This document shows positions 9,250 to 19,231 of a stretch of 32,000 bases of DNA, one piece after another; position 1 is the stretch's first letter; each line of letters starts with the position of its first letter. Source of the stretch: Candidatus Cloacimonadales bacterium. Lineage in GTDB: Bacteria; Cloacimonadota; Cloacimonadia; Cloacimonadales; WRIO01. The notes under the pieces were generated by a model. The model saw only the letters and a list, made by a program, of their open reading frames with translations, was not told the origin of the DNA and made no database searches. The stretch spans positions 1,119,605 through 1,151,604 of the forward strand of contig CAXXTW010000002.1 of the NCBI GenBank assembly GCA_963678255.2, read 5' to 3'. The position numbers and the translations under genes are program-made.

Positions 9250-11175
9250 ATGATTAATATTACTTTTCCAGACAATACTGTAAAAGAGTTTAATCCAGGT
9301 ATCTGCGCCTCAGAAATAGCTGAAGGTATCAGTCACAACTTGGCTTTGAGAGTGATCGCTGCTGAATTCAATGGAGTTTTAATAGATGCAAATCATCCAA
9401 TCAATGAAGATGGGATGCTTCTTTTACATACTTTTGACACTGAAAAAGGTAAAGAAGTTTACTGGCACAGCACTTCTCATTTGATGGCTCAAGCTGTAAA
9501 AGAACTCTTTCCAAAAGTTAAAGTAGCTATCGGTCCTGCTATTGAACAGGGCTTTTATTATGACTTTGACCGAGATGAAGCTTTTAGTGATGAAGAACTG
9601 GAACTTATAGAAAAAAAAATGTATGAACTTGCAAAATTAGAGCTAACCTATACACGTACTGAGGTATCCAGAGAAGAAGCTATAAAACGTTTTGAAGATG
9701 AAAATGAAATCTATAAAGTGGAAATCCTCAAAGAGATACCAGAAGGTCAAACCATCTCCATGTATTCTCAAGGAACTTTCACAGATCTTTGTCGTGGACC
9801 TCATATCTGTAATACAGGTAAATTAAAAGCATTTAAACTCTTAAAAACATCTGGAGCTTATTGGCGTGGAGATGAAAAGAATAAAATGCTGAAGAGAATC
9901 TATGGGATAAGTTTTCCTTCCAAAAAGGAGTTAACTGAATACCTAACCAATCTTGAGGAAGCCAAAAAAAGGGATCACCGAAAAATAGGTAAGGATCTTG
10001 ATCTATTCTCAATTTCAGAAGAAGTAGGAGCAGGATTAGTTTTATGGCATCCAAATGGAGCGATGATGAGACATCTCATAGAAACTTATTGGAAAGAACA
10101 ACATATAAAGAACAGCTATCAATTAGTATATACTCCTCATATAGGCAAATCTGATTTGTGGGTAACCAGTGGTCACCTTGGTTTTTATAATGATAGTATG
10201 TACAGTCCTATTCAGGTAGATGAACAAGACTATTATGTAAAACCAATGAATTGTCCTTTCCATATCTCAATTTACAAATCTCAAAAACGAAGTTATAGAG
10301 AATTACCAATAAAATATGCTGAACTTGGGACAGTCTATCGTTATGAAAGATCGGGTGTTTTACATGGATTAATGAGAGTGAGAGGCTTTACTCAGGATGA
10401 TGCACATATCATTTGTACTAATGAACAATTAATGAGCGAAGTTGAAAGAACAGTAGAATTTTCTATCAATATGCTCAAAGATTTTGGTTTTAAGGATTTC
10501 CAGATATATTTATCTACAAAACCTGAAAAGTCAGTGGGAGATCAGGAAGATTGGGATAAAGCAACCGAATCTTTAAAAAATGCTCTAGAAAAGATGGAAC
10601 TGAAATATGATATTGATGAAGGTGGCGGGGCATTCTATGGTCCAAAAATAGACATAAAAATCAAAGACGCTTTAAATAGAGCATGGCAATGCAGTACAAT
10701 CCAGTTTGACTTTAACTTGCCTACTCGTTTTAATATGGAATATATTGGTCCTGATAATCAAGCTCATAGACCTTATATGGTTCATAGAGCTCTTTTAGGT
10801 TCAATAGAACGTTTCTTTGGAACACTTATCGAATATTATGGTGGTAACTTCCCAACCTGGATTTGTCCAGTTCAAACCATGATTGTTACCATTTCTGAGA
10901 ATTATGAACACTATGCTCGTCGTATTCAAAAAAGGTTTTTATCACACGGAATTCGGGCTGAGCTTGATGTCAGAAGTGAGAAAATTGGTTATAAAATTAG
11001 AGAAGCTGAAATGAAAAAGATTCCTTTTATCATTGTTATTGGTGAAAAAGAAGAAGACACAAATACATTGTCTGTCAGAAGACATACCAAAGGCGATTTG
11101 GGAACTCATGATATTGATAAAGTTCTCGAAATGATTAAAAAAGATATTGAAACAGTAAATCCGAATAAAGCATAA
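9250..11175 (+). CDS. thrS: Threonine--tRNA ligase
   Basis: 641 aa. N-terminal TGS-like domain, HSTSHLMAQAV second-additional-domain motif, class II core (HRKIGKDLDLF, RGFTQDDAHIF-like RGFTQDDAHII, GAFYGPKID) and a C-terminal anticodon-binding domain. AGGAG RBS. Confidence 0.95.
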   Translation: MINITFPDNTVKEFNPGICASEIAEGISHNLALRVIAAEFNGVLIDANHPINEDGMLLLHTFDTEKGKEVYWHSTSHLMAQAVKELFPKVKVAIGPAIEQGFYYDFDRDEAFSDEELELIEKKMYELAKLELTYTRTEVSREEAIKRFEDENEIYKVEILKEIPEGQTISMYSQGTFTDLCRGPHICNTGKLKAFKLLKTSGAYWRGDEKNKMLKRIYGISFPSKKELTEYLTNLEEAKKRDHRKIGKDLDLFSISEEVGAGLVLWHPNGAMMRHLIETYWKEQHIKNSYQLVYTPHIGKSDLWVTSGHLGFYNDSMYSPIQVDEQDYYVKPMNCPFHISIYKSQKRSYRELPIKYAELGTVYRYERSGVLHGLMRVRGFTQDDAHIICTNEQLMSEVERTVEFSINMLKDFGFKDFQIYLSTKPEKSVGDQEDWDKATESLKNALEKMELKYDIDEGGGAFYGPKIDIKIKDALNRAWQCSTIQFDFNLPTRFNMEYIGPDNQAHRPYMVHRALLGSIERFFGTLIEYYGGNFPTWICPVQTMIVTISENYEHYARRIQKRFLSHGIRAELDVRSEKIGYKIREAEMKKIPFIIVIGEKEEDTNTLSVRRHTKGDLGTHDIDKVLEMIKKDIETVNPNKA

Positions 11176-11243
11176 TATATAATAGGCTGGTAGTCAATAA
11201 AAAGGATGCCAGCCCATTATTTTAGAAGGGGTCTGATTTTAGA

Positions 11244-12209
11244 ATGACCGTATTAGAATTTATAAAAAATCAAATGGCATTAGAAGCAGAATCAATTATT
11301 AGTGCTTCTGAGCGATTAACTGATACAGTTGAAACAGGTGTAAACATCCTGTTTGAGTGTAAAGGGAAAGTTGTAACAACAGGTATGGGAAAGTCAGGGA
11401 TAATTGCCAGAAAGATATCTGCTAGTCTTGCCAGTACAGGAACAACCTCAATATATCTCCATCCAAGTGAAGGGATTCATGGTGATCTTGGTATGCTTCA
11501 AAGAGATGATGTGGTAATTGCTCTTTCTCAAAGCGGTAATACTCAAGAGATGGTATCTTTAATACCCTATATTAAATTTATTGAAGCCCCCTTAATCGTT
11601 ATCACAGGCAACTTGCAATCTGTTTTAGCCACCAATGCTTCTGTTGTACTTGATAGCTCAGTACAGGAGGGATATGAGCCCTTCAACCTTGTTCCCACGT
11701 GTAGCACCACAGTTCAATTGGCTATTGGTGATGCTCTAGCTGTGGCGTTACTTGAAAAAAGAAAATTTAAAATAAATGATTTTGCCTTATTTCATCCAGG
11801 TGGCACTATTGGGAAAAAATTATTACTAAAAGTTGGTGAATTGATGCATTGTGAGGAAAACAATCCCATAGTACAATATAATACACCCATGAGTCAAACA
11901 ATAATTGAAATGACCAGTAAAGGTTTGGGTTGTACAAACGTAATTGATAAAAATGGAATATTAATCGGGATTGTTACAGATGGAGACCTCAGACGATTTT
12001 TAAACCAAGGTTATACTGATTTGACTATCACAGCTGAAGAAGCCATGACCAAGGATCCAAAATGCATGAAAGCAGAAGATTTAGCAGTTGAAGCGCTAAA
12101 TTTAATGGAAAAATTTAAAATCACCATGTTACCAGTTGTAGATGATGAACATAAGCCTACTGGTTTATTACATATGCACGATTTAATAAAATCAGGAGTT
12201 GTTAGTTGA
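11244..12209 (+). CDS. kdsD: Arabinose-5-phosphate isomerase (KpsF/GutQ/KdsD family; SIS domain plus CBS pair)
   Basis: GKVVTTGMGKSGIIARKISASLASTGT SIS motif, then a tandem CBS region (VIDKNGILIGIVTDGDLRR...LPVVDDEHKPTGLLHMHDL). Confidence 0.85.
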   Translation: MTVLEFIKNQMALEAESIISASERLTDTVETGVNILFECKGKVVTTGMGKSGIIARKISASLASTGTTSIYLHPSEGIHGDLGMLQRDDVVIALSQSGNTQEMVSLIPYIKFIEAPLIVITGNLQSVLATNASVVLDSSVQEGYEPFNLVPTCSTTVQLAIGDALAVALLEKRKFKINDFALFHPGGTIGKKLLLKVGELMHCEENNPIVQYNTPMSQTIIEMTSKGLGCTNVIDKNGILIGIVTDGDLRRFLNQGYTDLTITAEEAMTKDPKCMKAEDLAVEALNLMEKFKITMLPVVDDEHKPTGLLHMHDLIKSGVVS

Positions 12210-12943
12210 AACTTAAAGATTTATTAATCAATGCCAACTCTTTTTGTAAAGGATTCATTCTTTTTTTAAGACCTGGAAGCTTTTTATCATTTTTAACAAA
12301 TCCATTGTTATTCCTTTCAAACTTAATTTGTCTGAGTAAATGGATTATTAAGCATAATCGAAGAGATATTCTTAATGATTTTTATATTCCTTTCAGAGAT
12401 TATGGGAAAAGATATAATTTATATGAAAATGTTTTAAAAAAAGAATTATTAAGAGAGACCCCTATTGATTATTTAGAATTCGGTGTTTTTCAGGGATCTT
12501 CTTTTCAATGGTGGATAAGTAACTGTAAAAATAGTAAATCCAGATTCTATGGTTTTGACACTTTTGAAGGGTTACCAGAAAAATGGGGTACTTTTGATAA
12601 GGGATCTATGGAAGCAAATTTTCCTCAAATTAATGATTCCAGACATTTATTTGTTAAAGGATTGTTTCAGGACACTCTTTTTCAATTTCTAAAAGATCAT
12701 GATATTTCCGAAAAGAGATTAGTCATCCATCTAGATGCAGATTTGTTTAGCTCAACTCTGTTTGTGTTGACAAGTTTAGCACCATATCTCAAAGATGGAG
12801 ATGTCATACTCTTTGATGAATTTAATGTACCTAATCATGAGTTCTATGCATTTAATACCTTTGTAAATACATTTTATATAAAATACGAACTGTTAGCTGC
12901 GGTAAACAACTTCTATCAAGTTGCTATAAAAATATCAAAATAA
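12206..12943 (+). CDS. Class I SAM-dependent methyltransferase, TylF/MycF-like
   Basis: EFGVFQGSSF (motif I), FYGFDTFEGLPE and HLDADLFSST...GDVILFDEF are typical of the TylF-type O-methyltransferase fold. TTG start with AGGAG 7 nt upstream, overlapping the kdsD stop (TTGA). Confidence 0.6.
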   Translation: MKLKDLLINANSFCKGFILFLRPGSFLSFLTNPLLFLSNLICLSKWIIKHNRRDILNDFYIPFRDYGKRYNLYENVLKKELLRETPIDYLEFGVFQGSSFQWWISNCKNSKSRFYGFDTFEGLPEKWGTFDKGSMEANFPQINDSRHLFVKGLFQDTLFQFLKDHDISEKRLVIHLDADLFSSTLFVLTSLAPYLKDGDVILFDEFNVPNHEFYAFNTFVNTFYIKYELLAAVNNFYQVAIKISK

Positions 12944-12953
12944 GGAAGTTAAA

Positions 12954-13985
12954 ATGGATTTAATCAAATTTGGACTAATCGGTTGTGGCAGAATATCAGA
13001 AAGACACTTCGATGCAATCGATCAAATACCTGATGCTGAGATTATTACCTGTTGCGATATAATTGAAGAAAGAGCGAGAAATGCTGCACAAAAATATAAG
13101 TTAAAAAACTATTATACTGACTATATTCAGATGCTTGACACAGAAAAAATTGATGCAGTTTTAATATGTGGGCCTAGCGGTTTACATCCCCAAATGGGAA
13201 TAAATGCAGCTAATAGAGGGATTCATGTAATCTCTGAAAAACCTATGGGGATCAATCTTTCTCAAGCTGATGAATTAATTAAAGCTTGCGATATCAATAA
13301 GGTTCAGTTATTTGTTGTAAAACAAAACAGACTAAACCCTCCGATTCAATTATTAAAAAAATCTATTGAAAAAGGAAGATTTGGTAGAATATTCAGTGTA
13401 AATGCGACGGTTAGATGGACTCGACCTCAAAGTTATTATGATATGGCTAAATGGCGTGGTACTTGGGAGTTTGATGGTGGAGCTTATCTAAATCAAGCTT
13501 CACATTATTTCGATCTTCTTCATTGGTTAATTGGACCAGTAGAATCTGTAATGTCCTTTACTGCAACTTTAAATCATCAACTAGAAGTAGAAGATATGGG
13601 TATGGGAATTATCAAATTTAGAAATGGAGCTCTCGGTTCAATAGAAGTAACCATGAATACTTTTCCACGTAATCTGGAAGGATCAATTACTGTTATGGGA
13701 GAATTTGGAACGGTAAAAATTGGTGGCATTGCCGTAAATAAAATTGAGCATTGGGAATTTAAAGACTATGATGATGATGATAGATTGGTTACAGATTCGC
13801 AAACCGTTCCTTCCAATGTGTATGGATTCGGTCATATCGGATTTTTATCAAATGTAGTAGAAGTATTACAAGGCAAAGCAGAGCCAAAAACAGATGGCAG
13901 AGACGGCAGGAAATCATTAGAATTGATCTTGGCTATGTATGAATCTGCAAGGTCAGGGAAAAAGGTTGCTTTACCATTAAAGTAA
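12954..13985 (+). CDS. Gfo/Idh/MocA-family NAD(P)-dependent oxidoreductase (sugar dehydrogenase-like)
   Basis: N-terminal Rossmann motif KFGLIGCGRISERH and the EKP motif (VISEKPMG), at the typical ~340 aa length. Confidence 0.8.
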   Translation: MDLIKFGLIGCGRISERHFDAIDQIPDAEIITCCDIIEERARNAAQKYKLKNYYTDYIQMLDTEKIDAVLICGPSGLHPQMGINAANRGIHVISEKPMGINLSQADELIKACDINKVQLFVVKQNRLNPPIQLLKKSIEKGRFGRIFSVNATVRWTRPQSYYDMAKWRGTWEFDGGAYLNQASHYFDLLHWLIGPVESVMSFTATLNHQLEVEDMGMGIIKFRNGALGSIEVTMNTFPRNLEGSITVMGEFGTVKIGGIAVNKIEHWEFKDYDDDDRLVTDSQTVPSNVYGFGHIGFLSNVVEVLQGKAEPKTDGRDGRKSLELILAMYESARSGKKVALPLK

Positions 13986-13992
13986 TTATTTA

Positions 13993-14020
13993 TTGACAGG
14001 AAAAGCATATTTTATAAGCT
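13993..14020 (+). promoter_or_regulatory. Possible sigma70-type promoter of the isoprenoid/ether-lipid operon
   Basis: TTGACA (13993-13998), 16-nt spacer, TAAGCT (14015-14020), 35 nt upstream of the 14055 start. It sits in the only sizeable intergenic gap before the operon. Confidence 0.3.
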
Positions 14021-14054
14021 TAATCATGTGAAGTATTTAATATAAGGAGCCGAC

Positions 14055-14945
14055 ATGATCATACAAAAGTATTTTGAAGATAGAACTGAGATATTAAACC
14101 GTTGCATGGATGAATATTTAGTGGCAGCTGAAGAACACCCAAATGTTCTTTATGAAGCTATCCGTTATTCAATTTTCAATGGTGGTAAAAGACTCCGTCC
14201 AATTCTTTTAATGTCCACTTTTGAAATGTTAAATAAAACTGAGACTTATGAACAACTAAAACCAGCTTTGCCTGCAGCTGCTGCTATCGAAATGATTCAT
14301 ACAGCTTCATTAATTCATGATGATCTTCCATCTATGGATGATTCAGATGAACGCAGAGGACAACAAAGCTTACATAAAAAATATACTCCGGCTATTGCTA
14401 TCTTAGCAGGTGATGCTTTACTTACTAAAGCTTTTGAAGTTCTTGCCAAGATAGAAGATAAAGAAAAAGCTGTGAAATGTATTAGTATCATATGTCAGGC
14501 AGTTTCGACAAGAGGAATGATCGGAGGTCAGACAGTTGATGTAATTTCCTCTGATAAAAATAGTATCCAAATAAATGTTTTAAAATATATTCATTCCAAA
14601 AAAACAGGAGCATTATTGGAAGCTTCTGTAAAACTGGCTTGTGCTATGGCAGGTGCAGATGAAAATGTGACAAACACTCTTTCAACCTATGCGATGAACC
14701 TTGGTCTAGCGTATCAGATTATAGATGATATCCTGGATGATGTTGGGGATTTTGAAATGTTGGGTAAAGAACCTTATGAAGATGCACGCAACAATAAATC
14801 CACTTATCCTTCCATAATGGGACTTGATAAGGCAAGACGTTCTGCGGAAAAACTATTAGATGACTCCTATAAACTAATCAAGAACTTCCCCAAAAATCAG
14901 ATATTGGTTGAATTTGTTCGAATGATTAAGGATAGATTACCATAA
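14055..14945 (+). CDS. Polyprenyl diphosphate synthase (short-chain trans-IPPS; GGPP/FPP synthase type)
   Basis: First DDxxD motif region LIHDDLPSMDDSDERRG, second motif QIIDDILD, and GKRLRP. AGGAG RBS. Confidence 0.9.
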   Translation: MIIQKYFEDRTEILNRCMDEYLVAAEEHPNVLYEAIRYSIFNGGKRLRPILLMSTFEMLNKTETYEQLKPALPAAAAIEMIHTASLIHDDLPSMDDSDERRGQQSLHKKYTPAIAILAGDALLTKAFEVLAKIEDKEKAVKCISIICQAVSTRGMIGGQTVDVISSDKNSIQINVLKYIHSKKTGALLEASVKLACAMAGADENVTNTLSTYAMNLGLAYQIIDDILDDVGDFEMLGKEPYEDARNNKSTYPSIMGLDKARRSAEKLLDDSYKLIKNFPKNQILVEFVRMIKDRLP

Positions 14946-14962
14946 ATAAAGGAAATTCTCGA

Positions 14963-15835
14963 ATGAATATTAAATCCTATTTAAACATTACCCGACCGGG
15001 TAATTGTTTTTTTTCAATGCTTTGTGTTATATTTGGTGGATTATATTATCGTAGTTCCTACATAAACATTTATTTAGTTTTTGCCGTTATATCAGCTGCT
15101 TTAATAGCAGCTGGAGGTTATATCATCAATGATGTATATGATTTGGAAATCGATAGAATAAACAAACCCGACAGAGTATTACCATCAGGAAAAATCAATA
15201 TTAAGAATGCAGTCAGATATTATTTTATTATTACTGTCATTGGACTCATTCTTTCTGTTTTTACAAACAATCTCTGGAATATTTTATTAGCTGGTGTGAA
15301 TAGCATATTGTTATTGCTCTATGCAAAAAAATACAAGAAAACACTGATATTTGGAAATTTATTAGTGGCCTATATGGCTTCTTCAACTTTCCTATTTGGT
15401 GCATTGGTAACTAAAAATGTATTTACTGTTTTACCTTTAGTTTATTTTTCTTTCTTTTATACCCTTCTTAGAGAATGGGTCAAAACAATTGAAGATGAAG
15501 TTGGAGATCGTGAGAATAAAGCTAATACGATGGCAGTTGTCTTTACTTCTGCAAAAACAGCTCGATTATCTTACTTCCCGACATTAATGATAATCTTAGG
15601 TGTTTATGCTTTTTATCTTTTAGATTTTTTTAATTCAATAGTTTTCTTTAGTTTAAACTTTCTAGTATCTGTTCCTCTGGTATTTGGAATGGTTATCCTA
15701 AATAAAAGCCAACATCCAAAAGTTATTAGAAAAATTCATTTTTATATGAAAATAGATATGTTGATCCTACTAATGATCTTTCTTGTACAATATGTTGCAA
15801 TTCACATTTATTATCTATTTTTAATGAGGGCTTAA
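14963..15835 (+). CDS. UbiA-family prenyltransferase, digeranylgeranylglyceryl-phosphate (DGGGP) synthase-like
   Basis: Polytopic membrane protein. Motif 1 is NDVYDLEIDRINKPDRVLPSG and motif 2 is IEDEVGDRENKANTMAV. Both resemble the archaeal DGGGPS pattern (D-x-E-I-D-x-I-N-x-P-x-R-x-L/I-P-S-G; D-x-x-G-D-x-x-x-G-x-x-T). It lies between GGPPS and GGGPS. Confidence 0.7.
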   Translation: MNIKSYLNITRPGNCFFSMLCVIFGGLYYRSSYINIYLVFAVISAALIAAGGYIINDVYDLEIDRINKPDRVLPSGKINIKNAVRYYFIITVIGLILSVFTNNLWNILLAGVNSILLLLYAKKYKKTLIFGNLLVAYMASSTFLFGALVTKNVFTVLPLVYFSFFYTLLREWVKTIEDEVGDRENKANTMAVVFTSAKTARLSYFPTLMIILGVYAFYLLDFFNSIVFFSLNFLVSVPLVFGMVILNKSQHPKVIRKIHFYMKIDMLILLMIFLVQYVAIHIYYLFLMRA

Positions 15836-16611
15836 TGAAAAAAGAAATATATCTGAAACTCTTGAAAAAAAGAGAAAAACATCCTTGTCTATTCTGTCTT
15901 TTAGATCCGGATAAGCATGAGATTTCTGAGGCAGTAGATTTAGCAAAACATTATGAAGATAATCAGGCTGATGCTCTTTTAATCGGCGGGAGTTTGATGA
16001 TTAACAATCATTTTGAACAAAGTATCAAAGAGATTAAAAAGGTTCTTTCAATACCTGTCATAATTTTCCCTGGTATTTTTAACTTTGTTAGTTCTTATGC
16101 GGATGCAATTTTACTTTTAAATATGATCAGCAGCCGTAATCCTCAGTTATTAATAGAAGAACAAGTTCGCTCTGCCCCATTAATTTACCAAGCAAATCTT
16201 GAATCAATACCAACAGCATATTTATTAATTGAATCGGGTTGCTTGTCTTCAGTTCAATTTATGAGTCACAGCCTTCCCATTCCATCGAAAAAAAATGACA
16301 TAGCAATAGTTCATGCACTTGCAGGTCAATATCTAGGGATGAAGATGATCTATTTGGAAGCTGGGAGTGGAGCAACAAAGCCTGTCCCTAATGAAATGAT
16401 AAAAGCTATTTATGATAAAATTGAAATTCCTATTATTGTCGGAGGAGGCATAAAGGATCCAGAAACTGCTGTTAATAAAGTAAATGCTGGAGCTGATTTT
16501 ATTGTGGTAGGGACAGCCTTGGAAGAAAGCAAAAAAAGTAATTTAGTGAATGAAATTGCTAATGCAATTAATCAAATACATAAACCATCTAAACCCTTTA
16601 AGGATTTGTAA
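15835..16611 (+). CDS. Geranylgeranylglyceryl phosphate synthase (GGGPS/PcrB family TIM barrel)
   Basis: Family hallmarks: LLDPDK, ADALLIGGS, IIFPG, LNMISSRNPQLLIEEQ, YLLIESG, MIYLEAGSGA, IIVGGGIKDPETA and GADFIVVGTALEE. The ATG overlaps the upstream TAA by 1 nt. Confidence 0.85.
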   Translation: MKKEIYLKLLKKREKHPCLFCLLDPDKHEISEAVDLAKHYEDNQADALLIGGSLMINNHFEQSIKEIKKVLSIPVIIFPGIFNFVSSYADAILLLNMISSRNPQLLIEEQVRSAPLIYQANLESIPTAYLLIESGCLSSVQFMSHSLPIPSKKNDIAIVHALAGQYLGMKMIYLEAGSGATKPVPNEMIKAIYDKIEIPIIVGGGIKDPETAVNKVNAGADFIVVGTALEESKKSNLVNEIANAINQIHKPSKPFKDL

Positions 16612-17402
16612 TGATTGATATCCATAACCACATATTACCTGCATTAGATGACGGGTCTCCTGATATTGAAACAACTGAAGAATATTTTAAGTTGATCAAA
16701 GAAGCAGGGATTAGTCATATAGTTTTTACACCTCATTATATGCCTGGTTTTTATGATAATACTCGTGATAGATTGGATAAAGCATACAATAGTATTTTAC
16801 CAATAAAAAAAGAGATTATTCCTAACGTAAACACCTATTATTCAACAGAAGTATATCTTAATGGAGAATTTATAGTCAATGATATTATCAAAGAAAATCT
16901 CTTTATTAATAATTCAAAATATGTATTGGTGGAAAACAACTTAAATGGTTTTACCGAAGATTTGTATCATCTGCTATATCAATTAGTAAGAAAAGGATAT
17001 AAACCAATTTTAGCACATCCTGAAAGATATCAAGAAATTAGAACAGATATATCAAAAGCTGAAGATTTTATGATTCGCGATGTGTATCTGCAAATAAACA
17101 CCAGCAGTCTTCTGGGAGGCTATGGCGAGAAAGTACAGCAAACGGCTTTTGAACTAATAGACAGAGGATGGGCACATTTTTTAGGATCAGATTGTCATTG
17201 CCATTCTGGAGTTTATGACTATCCAGAATCTGTAGAATTGATAAGAAAAGAATTTGACGATAATATTGCAACATATCTCAGTAAAACCTTTCCTCAAAAA
17301 ATGCTGAATAATGAACATGTGCCAATATTCTATATGGTTAGAAAAGAGATTCCCCAAAAAAAATCATTTTTTGACAAATTATTCAATCTTTTTGGAGACT
17401 AA
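16611..17402 (+). CDS. PHP-domain metal-dependent phosphatase (CpsB/YwqE-type protein-tyrosine phosphatase family)
   Basis: MIDIHNHILPALDDGS, FTPHY, LAHPERY and GSDCHC are metal-ligand motifs of the CpsB/PHP family. The start overlaps the GGGPS stop by 1 nt. Confidence 0.8.
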   Translation: MIDIHNHILPALDDGSPDIETTEEYFKLIKEAGISHIVFTPHYMPGFYDNTRDRLDKAYNSILPIKKEIIPNVNTYYSTEVYLNGEFIVNDIIKENLFINNSKYVLVENNLNGFTEDLYHLLYQLVRKGYKPILAHPERYQEIRTDISKAEDFMIRDVYLQINTSSLLGGYGEKVQQTAFELIDRGWAHFLGSDCHCHSGVYDYPESVELIRKEFDDNIATYLSKTFPQKMLNNEHVPIFYMVRKEIPQKKSFFDKLFNLFGD

Positions 17403-18377
17403 ATGAAAACGATTTTACTCACAGGCATCACGGGATTTATAGGTAAAAATGTTGCAAAACGTTTATATCAAAATTATCAAATAACAGCAATTGTCAGACC
17501 ATCAACAGCAGTTAACAGATTAAGTTTTTTTGAAAATAAAGTTAAGTTTGTAGAAATTGATTTAACTGATATAAAGACATTGAAGACATTTCTTGATAAA
17601 AATAAATTTGATTATATTGTTCATATTGGTGCTCTCAGAGGTGGAAGGAAATTTTCAAAAGAAGATTATCATAAAGCGAATGTGTTTTCTACAGAACAAC
17701 TTGTATTGAATGCCATGAAAAATGACAGTAAACTTCTTTTCTGCTCTTCGGTTGGAGTCTTTGGAGCAATACCCCTTGAATTACCTGCGAATAACTTATC
17801 CCCTAGACAAGAAGATAATTATTACCACAAAACAAAAATCATCTCAGAAGCTATTATTCAAAAGTATGTACTTTCAGGCAAATTAAATGCATACATACTT
17901 CGACCAGCTATAGTATATGGTTCTGGAGATTTTGGTTTTCCCTATACATTGATAAAGCTTATTGAGAAAAAGTTACTTGTTTTTCCAAATAAACCATTTA
18001 GAATACATATGACACATATTGAATTGATCACAGATGCTTTTGTAAAAGCGTTGGAATCAGAATGCATTTCAGGAAAACAATGGATTATTGCTGATGAAGT
18101 ACCTGTTCTATTTAGTAATCTGGTAGATTTTATTTCTAACAAAATCCATCATAAAGACTATCCAAGAAATAGGAGAATTGAGCCTTTCTGGTTTGAATTG
18201 GGAATAAAAGTATCAAGATTTTTTAAAAATGAATTATGGGTAAGCCGATTTGAATTAATTTCAAAAAACTGGTTTTATGATGTAAAAGAAGCAAATGAAG
18301 ACTTGCATTTAAAGCATTTTACGACAATACCCTCTTTTAAAACTGTTATCGATTGGTATAAAATAGAAAAGAATTAA
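17403..18377 (+). CDS. NAD-dependent epimerase/dehydratase (extended SDR)
   Basis: LLTGITGFIGKNV Rossmann motif and YxxxK catalytic motif (YHKTK). The start directly abuts the upstream stop. Confidence 0.8.
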   Translation: MKTILLTGITGFIGKNVAKRLYQNYQITAIVRPSTAVNRLSFFENKVKFVEIDLTDIKTLKTFLDKNKFDYIVHIGALRGGRKFSKEDYHKANVFSTEQLVLNAMKNDSKLLFCSSVGVFGAIPLELPANNLSPRQEDNYYHKTKIISEAIIQKYVLSGKLNAYILRPAIVYGSGDFGFPYTLIKLIEKKLLVFPNKPFRIHMTHIELITDAFVKALESECISGKQWIIADEVPVLFSNLVDFISNKIHHKDYPRNRRIEPFWFELGIKVSRFFKNELWVSRFELISKNWFYDVKEANEDLHLKHFTTIPSFKTVIDWYKIEKN

Positions 18378-18389
18378 TAGGAGTTATGT

Positions 18390-19229
18390 ATGGCTATTCC
18401 CATTTTAAACTTTTGGGAAAACTATTTCTCTAATCCTGATGAAGGTCTAGGTTCAACATATGAACGTTTTATAATAAATAAAGTACTCCTAAAAGTTCTT
18501 AAACATTATCGAGTTAAAAGTGTATTAGAGAGCCCTTCTTTTGGATTTACGGGACTTTCTGGAATTAATAGTGTCATTTTAGCAAAGAATAATTGTGAAG
18601 TTTTCTTAATGGATCATAATCAAAAAAGACTGGATTTAATAGAATCTGTATGGAAAAAACTTAACCTTGAACTTAAAACAATTTATACTAAAGACTATCA
18701 AAAAATCCCCTTACCTGATCAATCAATTGACTTAAGCTGGAATTTTTCTGCTCTATGGTTTGTAACTGATTTGGAGAACTTTTTAAATGAACTGAGCAGG
18801 GTGACTAGAAAGATTATTTTGATCATGGTACCTAATCAGACAGGTATAGGTTATCTTCATCAGAAATATACAGGCAAAAAAGATCTTCAAAAATACTTAA
18901 AAGAAGAGAATATAAACACTTCTACTATTAAGAATTACATGAAGAAAATCAATTGGAGTCTTTTAGATCATCAATTTATTGATTGCCCACCTTGGCCTGA
19001 TATAGGGATGAGTAAAGAAAATTTCCTTAAAAAGCTAAAACTTGACTTTTTAGCAAACAGTTTTGAAGGGAAAAAAGAATCTGTCTCAATTTTAGATTAT
19101 TATAATGACTCTCAACCAGAAATGATTAGCAGGTTTTTAAAGCTTGAGTGGTTGGAAAAATCTGCACCCAATGCATTTAAAAAGATCTGGTCTCATCATC
19201 AATATATGATTTTTTATAAAAAACAGTAG
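18390..19229 (+). CDS. Hypothetical protein, methyltransferase-fold-like
   Basis: VLESPSFGFTGLSG (degenerate motif I), an acidic residue after beta2 (FLMDHN) and DLSWNFSALWFV resemble a class I MTase fold. GGAG RBS. Function not established. Confidence 0.4.
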   Translation: MAIPILNFWENYFSNPDEGLGSTYERFIINKVLLKVLKHYRVKSVLESPSFGFTGLSGINSVILAKNNCEVFLMDHNQKRLDLIESVWKKLNLELKTIYTKDYQKIPLPDQSIDLSWNFSALWFVTDLENFLNELSRVTRKIILIMVPNQTGIGYLHQKYTGKKDLQKYLKEENINTSTIKNYMKKINWSLLDHQFIDCPPWPDIGMSKENFLKKLKLDFLANSFEGKKESVSILDYYNDSQPEMISRFLKLEWLEKSAPNAFKKIWSHHQYMIFYKKQ

Positions 19230-19231
19230 CA

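Noticed and set aside
11185-11214. Hairpin after thrS as a terminator
   Set aside because: It has only a 6-bp stem (GGCTGG/CCAGCC) with an 18-nt loop and a weak, interrupted T-tract. That is too weak to call.
12954-13985. Gfo/Idh/MocA oxidoreductase as the missing glycerol-1-phosphate dehydrogenase for the ether-lipid pathway
   Set aside because: G1P dehydrogenases (EgsA/AraM) belong to the iron-ADH/dehydroquinate-synthase-like family, not the Gfo/Idh/MocA Rossmann family. This gene is also separated from the lipid operon by a gap with a putative promoter, and it groups with the sugar-modification genes upstream.
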